From positions 172,318-236,317 of the forward strand of contig OY776633.1 in assembly GCA_963675855.1 (NCBI GenBank): a stretch of DNA of 64,000 nt, in the 5' to 3' direction. The position numbers and the translations under genes were made by a program. The DNA is from Christensenellaceae bacterium. Its GTDB lineage: Bacteria; Bacillota; Clostridia; Christensenellales; CAG-138. Positions 34,883 through 45,990 of the stretch are shown here, in pieces. The notes beneath the pieces were generated by a model. The model was not told the origin of the DNA and ran no database searches. It saw only the letters and a list, made by a program, of their open reading frames with translations. Each line of letters starts with the position of its first letter. The stretch's first letter is position 1.

Positions 34883-36322
34883 TTACAGTTTTCTCATCAG
34901 CCGCAGGTAAAACTGCACTGTTTTAACGATATTCTCCACACGGATACGCTCGTCGTTGCCGTGAATTCCGGCGCGGTCTTCCTTGCTCAACGCCATCGCC
35001 GAGAATCGGTAGACGTAGTCCGAAATCGCACAGTAATGCCGCGAGTCCGAAGCCGCAAACATCAGATACGGCGCAATCAGCGTATCCGGCCAGGTTTCGG
35101 CGATCGCCGCCGTAAGTTTCTGCCAGCCGTACCCCGTTGTTTCGGAGATCTTGCTCGGATCGGTGCCATGGATAATGTCCGCCTGAATACCGCCGTCGTC
35201 GAGCCGCTCTCTCAACACTCTCAGCGTCTTTTCGCAGGTGCTGCCGCTGATGATGCGGAGGTTGGCTACCATGCGCGCCCGCGGAGGAAGAACGTTGCTG
35301 GCTTTGCTGCCCTCCGCCATGGTGAACGCGCATGTGGTACGCATCATGGCGTTGAGTTCGCCGCCGGATTTTTTACAAATGGCGTCCAGCAGCGGCGCAA
35401 AGCACCAGAGGTTGGCGAAAATCAGCCGATAGGCAAACGACGAACTGCGGCCCAGCGTATCGAACATCTCCGCGACGGGTTTTGTCAGCACACGCGGGAA
35501 GGGATTGTTTTCGATGCGCGTCACCGCGCGGGCCAGCCTGCCGATGCCTGTATGCGGCGGAGGCGAAGATGCGTGGCCGCCGGCGCCCTCGATAACGAAC
35601 TGCGCGTCCATGAGCCCTTTTTCCGCGATGCCGATCAGCGCGCAGGGCTCGGAAACACCCGGAAAGACGCCCTCAACCACCGCGCCGCCCTCGTCCACGA
35701 CAATTGCGGGCTCGATGCCGCGCGCGCGCAGTGTTTCCACGATTACGGGCTGCGACTTGCCCGCGATCTCTTCGTCCCCCCCGAACGCAAAATACATGTC
35801 GTTTTCGGGCACGAAGCCTTCTTTGAGCAGCTGCTCCGCCGACTCCATCACCCCCAAAAGAGTGCACTTCGTGTCCAGCGTGCCACGGCCCCAGAGGAAA
35901 CCGTCCTCGACGATGCCTTCAAACGCTGGTCTCGACCACTGCTCTTCGTTGACGGGTACAACGTCATAATGAGACATGAACACGGCGGGCTTCTGAGCAC
36001 TCTTACCCTTGAGCGAAAAGAGTATACCGCTCGGTCCGAGTTCTTCATACGTACATCTGGAAAACACAGTCGGATAGAGCGTCTTCAGCATCGAGCGAAA
36101 TTTCACAAATTCCGCTTTGTCGATCTTCTCGTCCTCGTAATATGACACCGTCTTGCAGCGGATCATCTGCGCCAGATGTTCGACGACCGTGCGCTCGTCC
36201 ACAACCGCCTCGCTTGGAACCGGGGTCACGACCGGCTTGGGCCGGAACGCCAGCGCACGCACGACGATTGCCGCAAGAAACAACAGGAACAGCGCGGCCA
36301 GCGCACTCCAGAAATAAAGCAT
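34883..36322 (-). CDS. M20/M25/M40-family metallopeptidase with N-terminal TM anchor
   Basis: 479 aa. SHYDVVP, GRGTLDTK, GGDEEI and VDEGG motifs (M20 metal ligands). Confidence 0.8.
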   Translation of the reverse strand: MLYFWSALAALFLLFLAAIVVRALAFRPKPVVTPVPSEAVVDERTVVEHLAQMIRCKTVSYYEDEKIDKAEFVKFRSMLKTLYPTVFSRCTYEELGPSGILFSLKGKSAQKPAVFMSHYDVVPVNEEQWSRPAFEGIVEDGFLWGRGTLDTKCTLLGVMESAEQLLKEGFVPENDMYFAFGGDEEIAGKSQPVIVETLRARGIEPAIVVDEGGAVVEGVFPGVSEPCALIGIAEKGLMDAQFVIEGAGGHASSPPPHTGIGRLARAVTRIENNPFPRVLTKPVAEMFDTLGRSSSFAYRLIFANLWCFAPLLDAICKKSGGELNAMMRTTCAFTMAEGSKASNVLPPRARMVANLRIISGSTCEKTLRVLRERLDDGGIQADIIHGTDPSKISETTGYGWQKLTAAIAETWPDTLIAPYLMFAASDSRHYCAISDYVYRFSAMALSKEDRAGIHGNDERIRVENIVKTVQFYLRLMRKL

Positions 36323-36358
36323 ATTCGATTTCTCCTATCTGGCTTTTATAAAAAGCTG

Positions 36359-37021
36359 TTACAGCATTCCTTTTTTATACAGAATCCGTGCTACACCGAT
36401 GGCAATCAGCGCGCCGACCGGAACGAGGATGCCCACCGCGCTGGCGAGCGACGGAACGAGTAAAAACAACGCGATCATGACAACGAGCGGCGCGATTGCG
36501 ATCTTCCAGTCCTTGGAGATGAACACAACGCCGAGCGCGCCGAAGAGCGCGGGCAATATATTTGCAAAAGCGGGCTGGAGCGTCTCGCTCTCCAGCACGG
36601 GCGCAATCTGCGAAAGCAGCAGTACGCCGAGCGCGATGATAAGCGTGGTCACGATGGCGCTCGTGGCGATCGCAATGGTTGAAATGATCTCCCCTTCTTC
36701 CGTTCCGGGCTGTACGCCCGCGCGGTCCATGGCGTTCAAAGCGCACGGCACCTTTAGGTTGGCGAGATTGCCGGTAACGAACCCAAGGTACGACCCGCCG
36801 GTGCCGAGCATGGGCACATAGGTGAACACCTCGATGACGCCGACCGTCCAGAAGATGGGTGCGACGCTTAAAAAGCCTTTGAGCAAACCGTCGACCGGCG
36901 GCCACGCGTCGTAGTAGACGCAGATAGCAGCCGGAACGGCGAGCAGCAGCGCAAGCGCGCTGAAAATCCAAACCCTGCCCATTCTATGTACGCTGTCGCG
37001 ATAAGAAATGTCTTTTTTCAT
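36359..37021 (-). CDS. uncharacterised polytopic membrane protein (about 6 TM)
   Basis: 220 aa, hydrophobic throughout. Lies 15 bp downstream of the DUF5058-like gene and 36 bp upstream of the M20 gene. Confidence 0.6.
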   Translation of the reverse strand: MKKDISYRDSVHRMGRVWIFSALALLLAVPAAICVYYDAWPPVDGLLKGFLSVAPIFWTVGVIEVFTYVPMLGTGGSYLGFVTGNLANLKVPCALNAMDRAGVQPGTEEGEIISTIAIATSAIVTTLIIALGVLLLSQIAPVLESETLQPAFANILPALFGALGVVFISKDWKIAIAPLVVMIALFLLVPSLASAVGILVPVGALIAIGVARILYKKGML

Positions 37022-37036
37022 GCTGCGCCTCCCCTC

Positions 37037-37771
37037 TTAACCCGCTATGCCCTGCACCAGCTGCGTGATCGGTATGGACAGCGCCATACCGCCGAGCAGG
37101 CTGATCGGCAGAGCATAATCCTCAATCCATTTCGCTTTGAACGCTTTGCGGAACAGGCCGCAGATCATCATGAGCACCGCGCTGGCCAGCATGACGAACA
37201 CCGGAATCCAGCCGGTCAACCCCTCGGTCACGTGCGCGAACACGAGGCCGAGAAACGCGGAGATCATGCCGAGAAACAGACCGGAGAGAAAGATCTTCCC
37301 CCAACGCGAATCCTTGCTGTTGATGCGGCTGACGCCGTTTTCGATCTTTTTACCAAGAAGCGGAACGAGCAAAAGCCCCGGTATGATTCCAAACGTCATG
37401 ACCCATGCGATGGCGGCGAAGATCTTCGGATCCGTCACCTTCTGCGCCAGCGACGAGCCAACCCCCGTCGCCGCGGCCGCAGCCGCCGTCGCTTCGTAGG
37501 TCAGCGAACCGATGACCGAGAGTCTCAGCCACGGCAGCGGAAAGCCGAGCGCGTTGCTCAGCGCGATCACGCCGAGCAGAATCGCGATCGCCGGCGCGAT
37601 GGTGAACACGGCGGACGAACCGACCGTTTTTTTCATCGCCTTGCTGTCCATGCCGAGCGCCTTGCCGCGCTTCCACGCCTTGATCAGAAAGACGACGGAC
37701 TGCAGCATGACAAACAGTATCACGATTGCGACGATGACGTACATAAAGCCGCTGTTAGAGTTAAATTCCAT
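37037..37771 (-). CDS. DUF5058-like polytopic membrane protein
   Basis: 244 aa with a GAAGGGAGAAG RBS. The assignment rests on my recollection of DUF5058 N-terminal features (MEFNSNSGFMYVIVAI...KAWKRGKALGM). Confidence 0.55.
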   Translation of the reverse strand: MEFNSNSGFMYVIVAIVILFVMLQSVVFLIKAWKRGKALGMDSKAMKKTVGSSAVFTIAPAIAILLGVIALSNALGFPLPWLRLSVIGSLTYEATAAAAAATGVGSSLAQKVTDPKIFAAIAWVMTFGIIPGLLLVPLLGKKIENGVSRINSKDSRWGKIFLSGLFLGMISAFLGLVFAHVTEGLTGWIPVFVMLASAVLMMICGLFRKAFKAKWIEDYALPISLLGGMALSIPITQLVQGIAG

Positions 37772-37832
37772 CCCACTTCTCCCTTCAGATATGACGGTAA
37801 CGATTCTGCCTGAAATTATCGAATTTCTTATT

Positions 37833-37862
37833 ATTATAACAGGGTTCTGTTTTTTTATTCAA
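37833..37862 (-). promoter_or_regulatory. sigma-A-type promoter candidate for the membrane-protein/M20 operon
   Basis: On the minus strand: TTGAAT, 18-nt spacer, TATAAT, about 60 nt upstream of the start at 37771. Confidence 0.5.
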
Positions 37863-37903
37863 TGCTGTTATCATTATTTATGTTTATTTTCCGGCAACGT
37901 GTT

Positions 37904-37935
37904 AAAAAAAGACGGACGCTGCCCGCTGCGCCCGT
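37904..37935 (-). terminator. intrinsic terminator of the PH-domain gene
   Basis: On the minus strand: ACGGGCGC-AGCGGGCA-GCGTCCGT (8 bp including one G-U pair), followed by T7. Confidence 0.7.
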
Positions 37936-37959
37936 TTGTGTTTCATTCCGTTCCGATTA

Positions 37960-38343
37960 TCAATTGACGCCGTCCTCGTCGTCTTCCATATCGCCGTATC
38001 CCATGAATTCGCGCGCGGCGATCCGCTTTTCGTAGCGTTCGCGCTCGATCATGTCCGAAAGCATCTCCTTGGTCTGCTTCGCGTTTTTAATCCGCTTGAT
38101 TTCAAGATCCGGAGTGGTTTTGTCCGCCGTGTTCAGGCGGATTGTGCCTAACCCCCAGATGCGCTGGTGCAGAGGACGGTAGAGCGTGATATCGAGAATG
38201 CGGTAGAGACGAACCTCGTCTTCCCTGCGGCTGAGAAAGCCTTTGTCGACGATCAGTTTTTCCTGCGTCAGGGAATACCGCGTAAACGTCCACGGCAAAC
38301 CGAATATGATGCGTTTGCGATCCTTCCAAACGACGTCCGCCAT
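37960..38343 (-). CDS. bacterial PH-domain (bPH_2/DUF304) protein
   Basis: GLPWTFTRYSLTQEKLIVDKGFLSRREDEVRLYRILDITL...GLGTIRL is the bPH_2 pattern. Start taken at MADVVW. Confidence 0.75.
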   Translation of the reverse strand: MADVVWKDRKRIIFGLPWTFTRYSLTQEKLIVDKGFLSRREDEVRLYRILDITLYRPLHQRIWGLGTIRLNTADKTTPDLEIKRIKNAKQTKEMLSDMIERERYEKRIAAREFMGYGDMEDDEDGVN

Positions 38344-38536
38344 CGTGAGGCCCTCCGTAATTGATGTTGGTGGCATTATACCATACCTGTCATCGCGTGG
38401 ATAGCGCGTTTTTCGGCAAATCCGTTGCGGATATTACAAAATATCTTCCGCTTCGTTTTTTTGCGAAATTACTGGATTGACGCGCCTCGATTCGTTTCCT
38501 CTGGTATAATAGACCGCGTAGGCAGAACCCGTACTT

Positions 38537-39670
38537 TTGGAGGAGACCTTGCACGAGAAACGTACCCGCTTCATTGCGTATTTAATTTTTATATTGTTAT
38601 GTTTGTCGATCGGCTTCTGGATATACGCCTGGCTTTCCGGCGCGCTGCAATACTGGGGCCTTGGCGCGATTGCCGGCCGCTTGCTCGGCGCGGCAGGCGC
38701 CGTTTGCGCGATGGCTGCGTTTTTGGTACGCCCGATCCCGGTCAAGGTGCGCACCATCGCGGCGCTCTACGTCTTTTTGTTCAGCCTGCTTGCGTTTGTT
38801 TTAAGCGAATTGTTTGCTTTGGTCTGGCCCGCCGCGGCCAATCTGCGCTGGCTGTGGGAGGGCGGCGCCGCCGCGCTTGCAACAAGCGCGGGCATGCTCG
38901 TTTACGGATTTTTCCACGGAAAGCGCATCGTACTGAAGAAATATTTCATCGAAACGGATCTTCCCGTTCCAAACGGAGCGCTCAAGATCGCGCTGATCTC
39001 CGACGTGCACATGGGCCTGACGATCGACGAAACCCGGCTTCAAATGCAGATGAATCTCCTCTCAGCGGAACAACCCGACCTGCTCATCATCGCCGGCGAT
39101 CTGGTGGACGACCAAACCAGCCCGGAGCTGATGCGATCCGCCTGCAGAATCGTCGGCGGCGTGCCGGCAACGCACGGCACGTTCTTTGCCTACGGCAATC
39201 ATGATCTCGCCAGCCACGGCCCCAGGCCGCCGTATACGAAGGACGAGCTCGACGCGGCGCTGTCCGGCGCCGGAATCCGCGTGCTGGACGATCAAAGCCT
39301 ATCGGTTGCGGGCGTGACGCTGATTGGCAGGCATGACGCGGGATTTTCCCGCAAACCCGGGCGCGCGCCTCTTGCGGTGCTTCTTGAAGACACCGACTGG
39401 AACAAACCTGTTATATTGGTCGACCATCAACCCCGCGAGCGGAAGGAAGCCGCCGGTCTTGGCGTCGCCCTGCATCTTTCAGGCCACACGCACGCCGGGC
39501 AGGTCTGGCCGATGAGCTGGCTGAGCCGGTTATCCGGCGCGGCTTACGGCTACAAACGCATCGGCGGCATGCACGCGATCATATCCGCCGGCATGGGAAA
39601 CCGCGGATCGACTCTGCGCAGCGGCTGTACTGCGGAGATGGTGCTCATCCGGCTGTCCGGCCGCCGCTGA
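38537..39670 (+). CDS. membrane-anchored metallophosphoesterase (YkuE-like)
   Basis: Four N-terminal TM segments, then ISDVHMG, GDLVDD, GNHD and GHTHAGQ motifs. The TTG start is uncertain. Confidence 0.8.
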   Translation: MEETLHEKRTRFIAYLIFILLCLSIGFWIYAWLSGALQYWGLGAIAGRLLGAAGAVCAMAAFLVRPIPVKVRTIAALYVFLFSLLAFVLSELFALVWPAAANLRWLWEGGAAALATSAGMLVYGFFHGKRIVLKKYFIETDLPVPNGALKIALISDVHMGLTIDETRLQMQMNLLSAEQPDLLIIAGDLVDDQTSPELMRSACRIVGGVPATHGTFFAYGNHDLASHGPRPPYTKDELDAALSGAGIRVLDDQSLSVAGVTLIGRHDAGFSRKPGRAPLAVLLEDTDWNKPVILVDHQPRERKEAAGLGVALHLSGHTHAGQVWPMSWLSRLSGAAYGYKRIGGMHAIISAGMGNRGSTLRSGCTAEMVLIRLSGRR

Positions 39671-39861
39671 CCGGACTTTCAACTGTATTTCAGCATTGGA
39701 CACCCTGCGGCCAAAAATCAAACCGTCCGTGGAATTTCTTCCATGGACGGTTTTCCGTTCGCTCCGCTAATGCCCGCTGATTGTGCGGGATCCTTACGTG
39801 TTACATTGTAACACGCGGCTCCTGTGAACGCAACCTTTTCTTGTCACTTCCGGCGCACGTC

Positions 39862-40290
39862 TCAACGGTACATTGCTTTTTTCTTTAAAACAACGGTTTT
39901 AAACGACCACCCGCGCTCTTTCGCGGCGGTTTTAACGGCCTTTGCGATGGCGCCGATGTCAAAATCGTACTCGAACACCTTTCCTTCCGGCCCGTACTGC
40001 ACGCTCTTGACCTTGCGAAACAGCGTGCTTCCGCTCTGGAACGTCGATTCCCCGCTCGAACCGAACGACATGCCCGCGCCGGTCTCGGTCGTCTTTTCGT
40101 ACATCCTGACGGCTTTGGCCGCTTCGTCGAGCAGTATCATCGATTCATAGCGGATCTTCTTCTTGCCGGTGGAAAACTTCGCGTCCAGCAGCTCCGCATC
40201 GATGCTCAGGTCGGTTTTGCCGCCTTTCGTTACGGATATACCCATCGCCGAAAACTGTTTTTCGATCTCCTGCATCAGTTCGTTTTTCAT
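39862..40290 (-). CDS. hypothetical soluble protein (142 aa)
   Basis: GGGGAGGG RBS before MKNELMQEIEKQF. I recognise no family; the longer ORF to 40509 overlaps uvrB and is unsupported. Confidence 0.55.
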   Translation of the reverse strand: MKNELMQEIEKQFSAMGISVTKGGKTDLSIDAELLDAKFSTGKKKIRYESMILLDEAAKAVRMYEKTTETGAGMSFGSSGESTFQSGSTLFRKVKSVQYGPEGKVFEYDFDIGAIAKAVKTAAKERGWSFKTVVLKKKAMYR

Positions 40291-40399
40291 AATAACCCTC
40301 CCCGTCAAATTTGATTTATTACGCTTATTATACGTGTTTGATTCATGATGCTCAAATACACCGCTCGGATTTTCCGGTTGAATCCTTCGCATATTCAGC

Positions 40400-42423
<2,024 letters not shown>

Positions 42424-42427
<4 letters not shown>

Positions 42428-42714
42428 GGTATTTCGTAGACCACGGTCTTGCCGTCCGTGCGGTGCGCATAGATGTATTCGCGCGCCTCCTCGTGCGCCG
42501 GGTGTTTGTCGTACGCCGCGATGGCGTCGAGGTCGGCAAACGTGCACGTCAGCGCAAGGTCGTAGCTTCGTTCTCCGTTGTGCCATACGTCCGCGCCGGT
42601 CTCCATCGACAGGATTTCGGGAATCTTGCCGACCATGCCGTGCAGTTTTTCTATGACGGTCGGCAGGCATTCCTCCGGGTCGCGGAACTTAAAGAGTACG
42701 ATGTATTTCAGCAT
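42424..42714 (-). CDS. Dabb-family (stress-responsive alpha/beta barrel) protein, copy 1
   Basis: 96 aa. [10 protein letters not shown]...HPAHEEA pattern. Its stop overlaps the uvrB start (ATGA). Confidence 0.75.
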
Positions 42715-42735
42715 GAATTCGCTCCTTATCCCGGT

Positions 42736-43020
42736 TTAAAACTCGAAATCGACCGTCGCTGTCGCCGTGCGGTGCGCCTTGATGTAGGCGCGCGCCTTCT
42801 CGTGCTCGGAATGGCGGTCGTAAATTGCGAGATCGTCTTTCGTGTCGAAGGTGACGATGAGCGCAAGATCGAAGCTGCGCTCACTGTGCTTGAAGTCGCG
42901 CCCGGTTTCGATGGTACGAATCTCGGGAATTTTATCTTTCAGCGCGCGCAGCATTTCGCTGGCAACCGGTGCCTGTTCGTCCGGGTTTTCGAATTTGGTG
43001 AATACGATGTGCTTGATCAA
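42736..43020 (-). CDS. Dabb-family protein, copy 2
   Basis: 94 aa. MIKHIVFTKF...HSEHEKA. Clear paralog of the adjacent gene. Confidence 0.75.
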   Translation of the reverse strand: MIKHIVFTKFENPDEQAPVASEMLRALKDKIPEIRTIETGRDFKHSERSFDLALIVTFDTKDDLAIYDRHSEHEKARAYIKAHRTATATVDFEF

Positions 43021-43054
43021 AATAATTACCCCCTTTATTAAAAACGTTATTTAA

Positions 43055-44032
43055 TTAAAAGTTCTGCTGGCAGGCAAGCATCAGAGAATCTTCGGCCTTT
43101 GCAAGCCCCTGTTTCTGCTTCCACTCCACCGCGATAAAATCGTCCAGCATATTCAGCAGTTGTTCGTAGCTGCGCTTTTTCGCGCTGGCAACCGCTTTTT
43201 TCGCGGGATACGCTTTTATGCCCAGTATCTTTGCTATCTGCGCCTCGTTTTTGCCCTGCGCAGCCAGCTGCTTGGCGTTCAGCACGCCGCGTACGTTCCG
43301 CTCGCAAAGCGTCGCGAGCCCGATCGCGCTTTCGGACGGATCGTTCAGGAGTGTGGCGAGTATCCGCAGTCCCCCGCGTTTGTTGCCGGTCCAGAGCGCG
43401 TCCATGATCTCATACACCTTGTATTCGCTCGAAGGCCTGACGCAGGCGTCCACCGCTTTTGCGGTCACGCGGTTGCCGAACCCGACATATGCGCCGAGCT
43501 GCAGCAGCGTGTTTTCCAGCGCGCCGAGGTCCGATCCGAGATACTGCACGAGCCGTACCGCCGCCATGTCGTCCAGCGGAATGCCGTTCTCCTGCGCGCG
43601 CTTTTGCAAAAACGCCTGCGCCTGATTAGGCTCGAGCGGGTCGAACGACACCGCGCGCTCCAGCGCGTCGATCGCCTTGTACAGCGGGTTCGCCTTCGGC
43701 GGTTTGCCGGGCCGCACGAACAGCAGCGCCGTGGTTTTTGGCACCGTCCTGGCGTATTCTTCCAGCGCGTTGGCGGTATCCGCGTCAAACTCCTGCACCA
43801 CCACCACCCTCAGCTCGTCAAAAAACGGCAGCGTCTCCGCCGCTTCTAGCACCTGCGCGGGCGCCGGCGTTTTTAAAAACGTCGTGTTCATCTCCCGCAT
43901 GCCGGGATCCGTGCGGCTGACAACCGCCTGTACGCCCTTGTTGAGGCTGTACGCATCTTCCCCGCAGAGATAATACGCGCCGCCCACGCTCGCGCCGTCT
44001 AAAATTGATCTGACAAATGCAAGTCCTTCCAT
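43055..44032 (-). CDS. holA: DNA polymerase III delta subunit
   Basis: 325 aa. YYLCGEDAYSLNK near the N-terminus, and the position next to comEC as in other Firmicutes. Confidence 0.8.
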   Translation of the reverse strand: MEGLAFVRSILDGASVGGAYYLCGEDAYSLNKGVQAVVSRTDPGMREMNTTFLKTPAPAQVLEAAETLPFFDELRVVVVQEFDADTANALEEYARTVPKTTALLFVRPGKPPKANPLYKAIDALERAVSFDPLEPNQAQAFLQKRAQENGIPLDDMAAVRLVQYLGSDLGALENTLLQLGAYVGFGNRVTAKAVDACVRPSSEYKVYEIMDALWTGNKRGGLRILATLLNDPSESAIGLATLCERNVRGVLNAKQLAAQGKNEAQIAKILGIKAYPAKKAVASAKKRSYEQLLNMLDDFIAVEWKQKQGLAKAEDSLMLACQQNF

Positions 44033-44148
44033 AGGCGTTATTATATCATCCTCCTCGCGTCTTGCAAACGATTGTTCTCAAAAACGTCGATTATTCCTAC
44101 TTTATAAAGAAATAAGCCATGTAATAACCGGCCATTTGCGTCCACAAA

Positions 44149-44295
44149 GTTTTCCACACTCTGGGGATAACTCTGTGGAAAACCACGCAAAACCCGACAG
44201 CCAAACACGTAAATCATCCAAAAAAGCCCTTTTTTCGATGAATAATCTGTGACCGGACCAAACGCTTGTTCACCGCGTTTTCAAAGTTATCCACA
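44149..44295. promoter_or_regulatory. DnaA-box cluster in the comEC-holA intergenic region
   Basis: TTTTCCACA (44150-44158), TGGGGATAA (reverse complement TTATCCCCA, 44162-44170), TGTGGAAAA (44174-44182), and a perfect TTATCCACA (44287-44295). GTTTTCCACA and TGTGGAAAAC form a 10-nt inverted repeat. Confidence 0.55.
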
Positions 44296-44319
44296 GCCCG
44301 CGTTCGCACGGAAAATCCG

Positions 44320-45846
44320 TCACCGAAGCAGCGCCCAAAGCGCGGCGGCTGCGGCGAACAGCGTTCCGGCATAAATCGCGCGCCGCTTCGCGCTGTGCAG
44401 GCACAGCCGCGAGGCAAACAGCATCGCGGCCAGCCAGAGCAGATACGCGATCGCCGGCGGCGGCAGGGTCAGCGAGATGCTGCCGCCGAAGCGTGCGATA
44501 GAGAGAATGACGTCCAGCGCCGCGCGCGCAATGCCGCAGACGAAGGTGCCAAGCGGAAACGACACATAGGAAAGCAGCACGCCGAGGAACGCGGGTACCA
44601 GAAACACCCCGGCAAACGGGATGACGAACAGATTGGTCACGATCGAGAGCAACTGCGCCTGTCCGAAGAACAGCGCGCTCGTGGGCAGCGTTCCGACCAC
44701 GACCGCCGCGCTCGCGCCGATCAGCCCTGAAGCCGTTGACCCGAGCCGCATCAGCGGTTTTTGAAACAGCGGCGCAAGCAAAACCAACGACAGCACCGCG
44801 ACGAACGAAAGCTGAAACCCCGCGCTCCAGAGCGCGTAAGGGTTAAACAGCAAAATCAACACAAACGCGGCGGATAGCGCGCTCGGCGGATCCAACCGCC
44901 GCCGGAGCGGAAACGCCAGCAGGCCGATGGTCACCATGATGCCGCTGCGCACCACCGAAGGAGAAAACGCCGTGATCGCCGCATACAGCGCGCAGAACGA
45001 CGCGACCGCGAAAAAACGCACCCAAGCGCTGCGGCGAAAGAGCAGCGAAAACGCCGCCGCCAGCAGGGAAACGTGCAGGCCGGACACCGCGAGCAGATGC
45101 GCGATGCCCGTATTGCGAAAAGCGGTCAGCGTTTCGTCGCCGATGTCCGACGTGTCCCCGAGCATCATGCCCTTGGCTTCGCCCGGCGCGTTCGGAAAGA
45201 GCGATTCGATCCGCCCGCCGATCGCCTCGCGAATCTCAAGCAGCGTTCCGTATGCGTCCTGCGGCGACTGATCTATTACTTCCGCCTCGCCATCTGCAAA
45301 CGCCGTGGCAAAAACGCCCTGATAACGATCGTAAAAGAGATATTCTTCGTTCGAGGGAACCACGTCCGCCTCGGCGGAGACGATCTGCCCGTAGGCGGGC
45401 GCTTCGGCAAAGCGTGCGAAAAGCTTGAGTTTTCCCGGTAACGATTCGCCGGAAAGAGTCGCGCGGTCGAGCTGCACGCGCCAGCTTCCGTCCTCCCGCG
45501 CTTCCGGCGTTTCGCAGACGCGCCCGGCAACGACGCCCGTGCCGGCGGAGATATGCGCCGGCGCAGCGAGCGCGACGCGCAAAACCCCGGCCGCCATGCA
45601 TACGAGAAATACGGCCCACATCGCTTTTTTTAAGAGCTTCGCGCTCAGTGCGGCAAGCAGCAGCACGAAAACGGCGACGGCGGCGGACAACAGCGCCATC
45701 CCGTCCCCGATCAGCAGGCCAAGCAGCAGCCCCGCGGCGGCGACGGCGAACGGGCGCGTGTGAAACAGCGGCGCGCGGATGCATCCCGCCGAAACGGCGG
45801 AGCGTGTTTTTTCTGTCGTGTTTTTAACCGGGATTTGTTTTGGCAT
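44320..45846 (-). CDS. comEC: ComEC/Rec2-family DNA-uptake channel protein (no C-terminal metallo-beta-lactamase domain)
   Basis: 508 aa. N-terminal OB/DUF4131-like part, then a polytopic competence domain with the LLAVSGLHVSLL motif. The protein ends after the last TM segment. Confidence 0.75.
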   Translation of the reverse strand: MPKQIPVKNTTEKTRSAVSAGCIRAPLFHTRPFAVAAAGLLLGLLIGDGMALLSAAVAVFVLLLAALSAKLLKKAMWAVFLVCMAAGVLRVALAAPAHISAGTGVVAGRVCETPEAREDGSWRVQLDRATLSGESLPGKLKLFARFAEAPAYGQIVSAEADVVPSNEEYLFYDRYQGVFATAFADGEAEVIDQSPQDAYGTLLEIREAIGGRIESLFPNAPGEAKGMMLGDTSDIGDETLTAFRNTGIAHLLAVSGLHVSLLAAAFSLLFRRSAWVRFFAVASFCALYAAITAFSPSVVRSGIMVTIGLLAFPLRRRLDPPSALSAAFVLILLFNPYALWSAGFQLSFVAVLSLVLLAPLFQKPLMRLGSTASGLIGASAAVVVGTLPTSALFFGQAQLLSIVTNLFVIPFAGVFLVPAFLGVLLSYVSFPLGTFVCGIARAALDVILSIARFGGSISLTLPPPAIAYLLWLAAMLFASRLCLHSAKRRAIYAGTLFAAAAALWALLR

Positions 45847-45990
45847 CGGTTCGAGTTAATCATACGCCGCGGGGTTTGTCAATCGCGCAAAACGCGTTTG
45901 GTTGTGCGAACGCGCGGGCGGGTGTTATACTGACTACGGTACCGCGGTTTTCCGCACGAAATACACGGAAACGAACAGGAAACAGACACT

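Noticed and set aside
42428-42670. 81-codon N-terminal extension of the uvrB ORF
   Set aside because: It overlaps the Dabb-family gene in another frame and is Arg-rich nonsense. The conserved UvrB N-terminus [17 protein letters not shown] starts at 42427.
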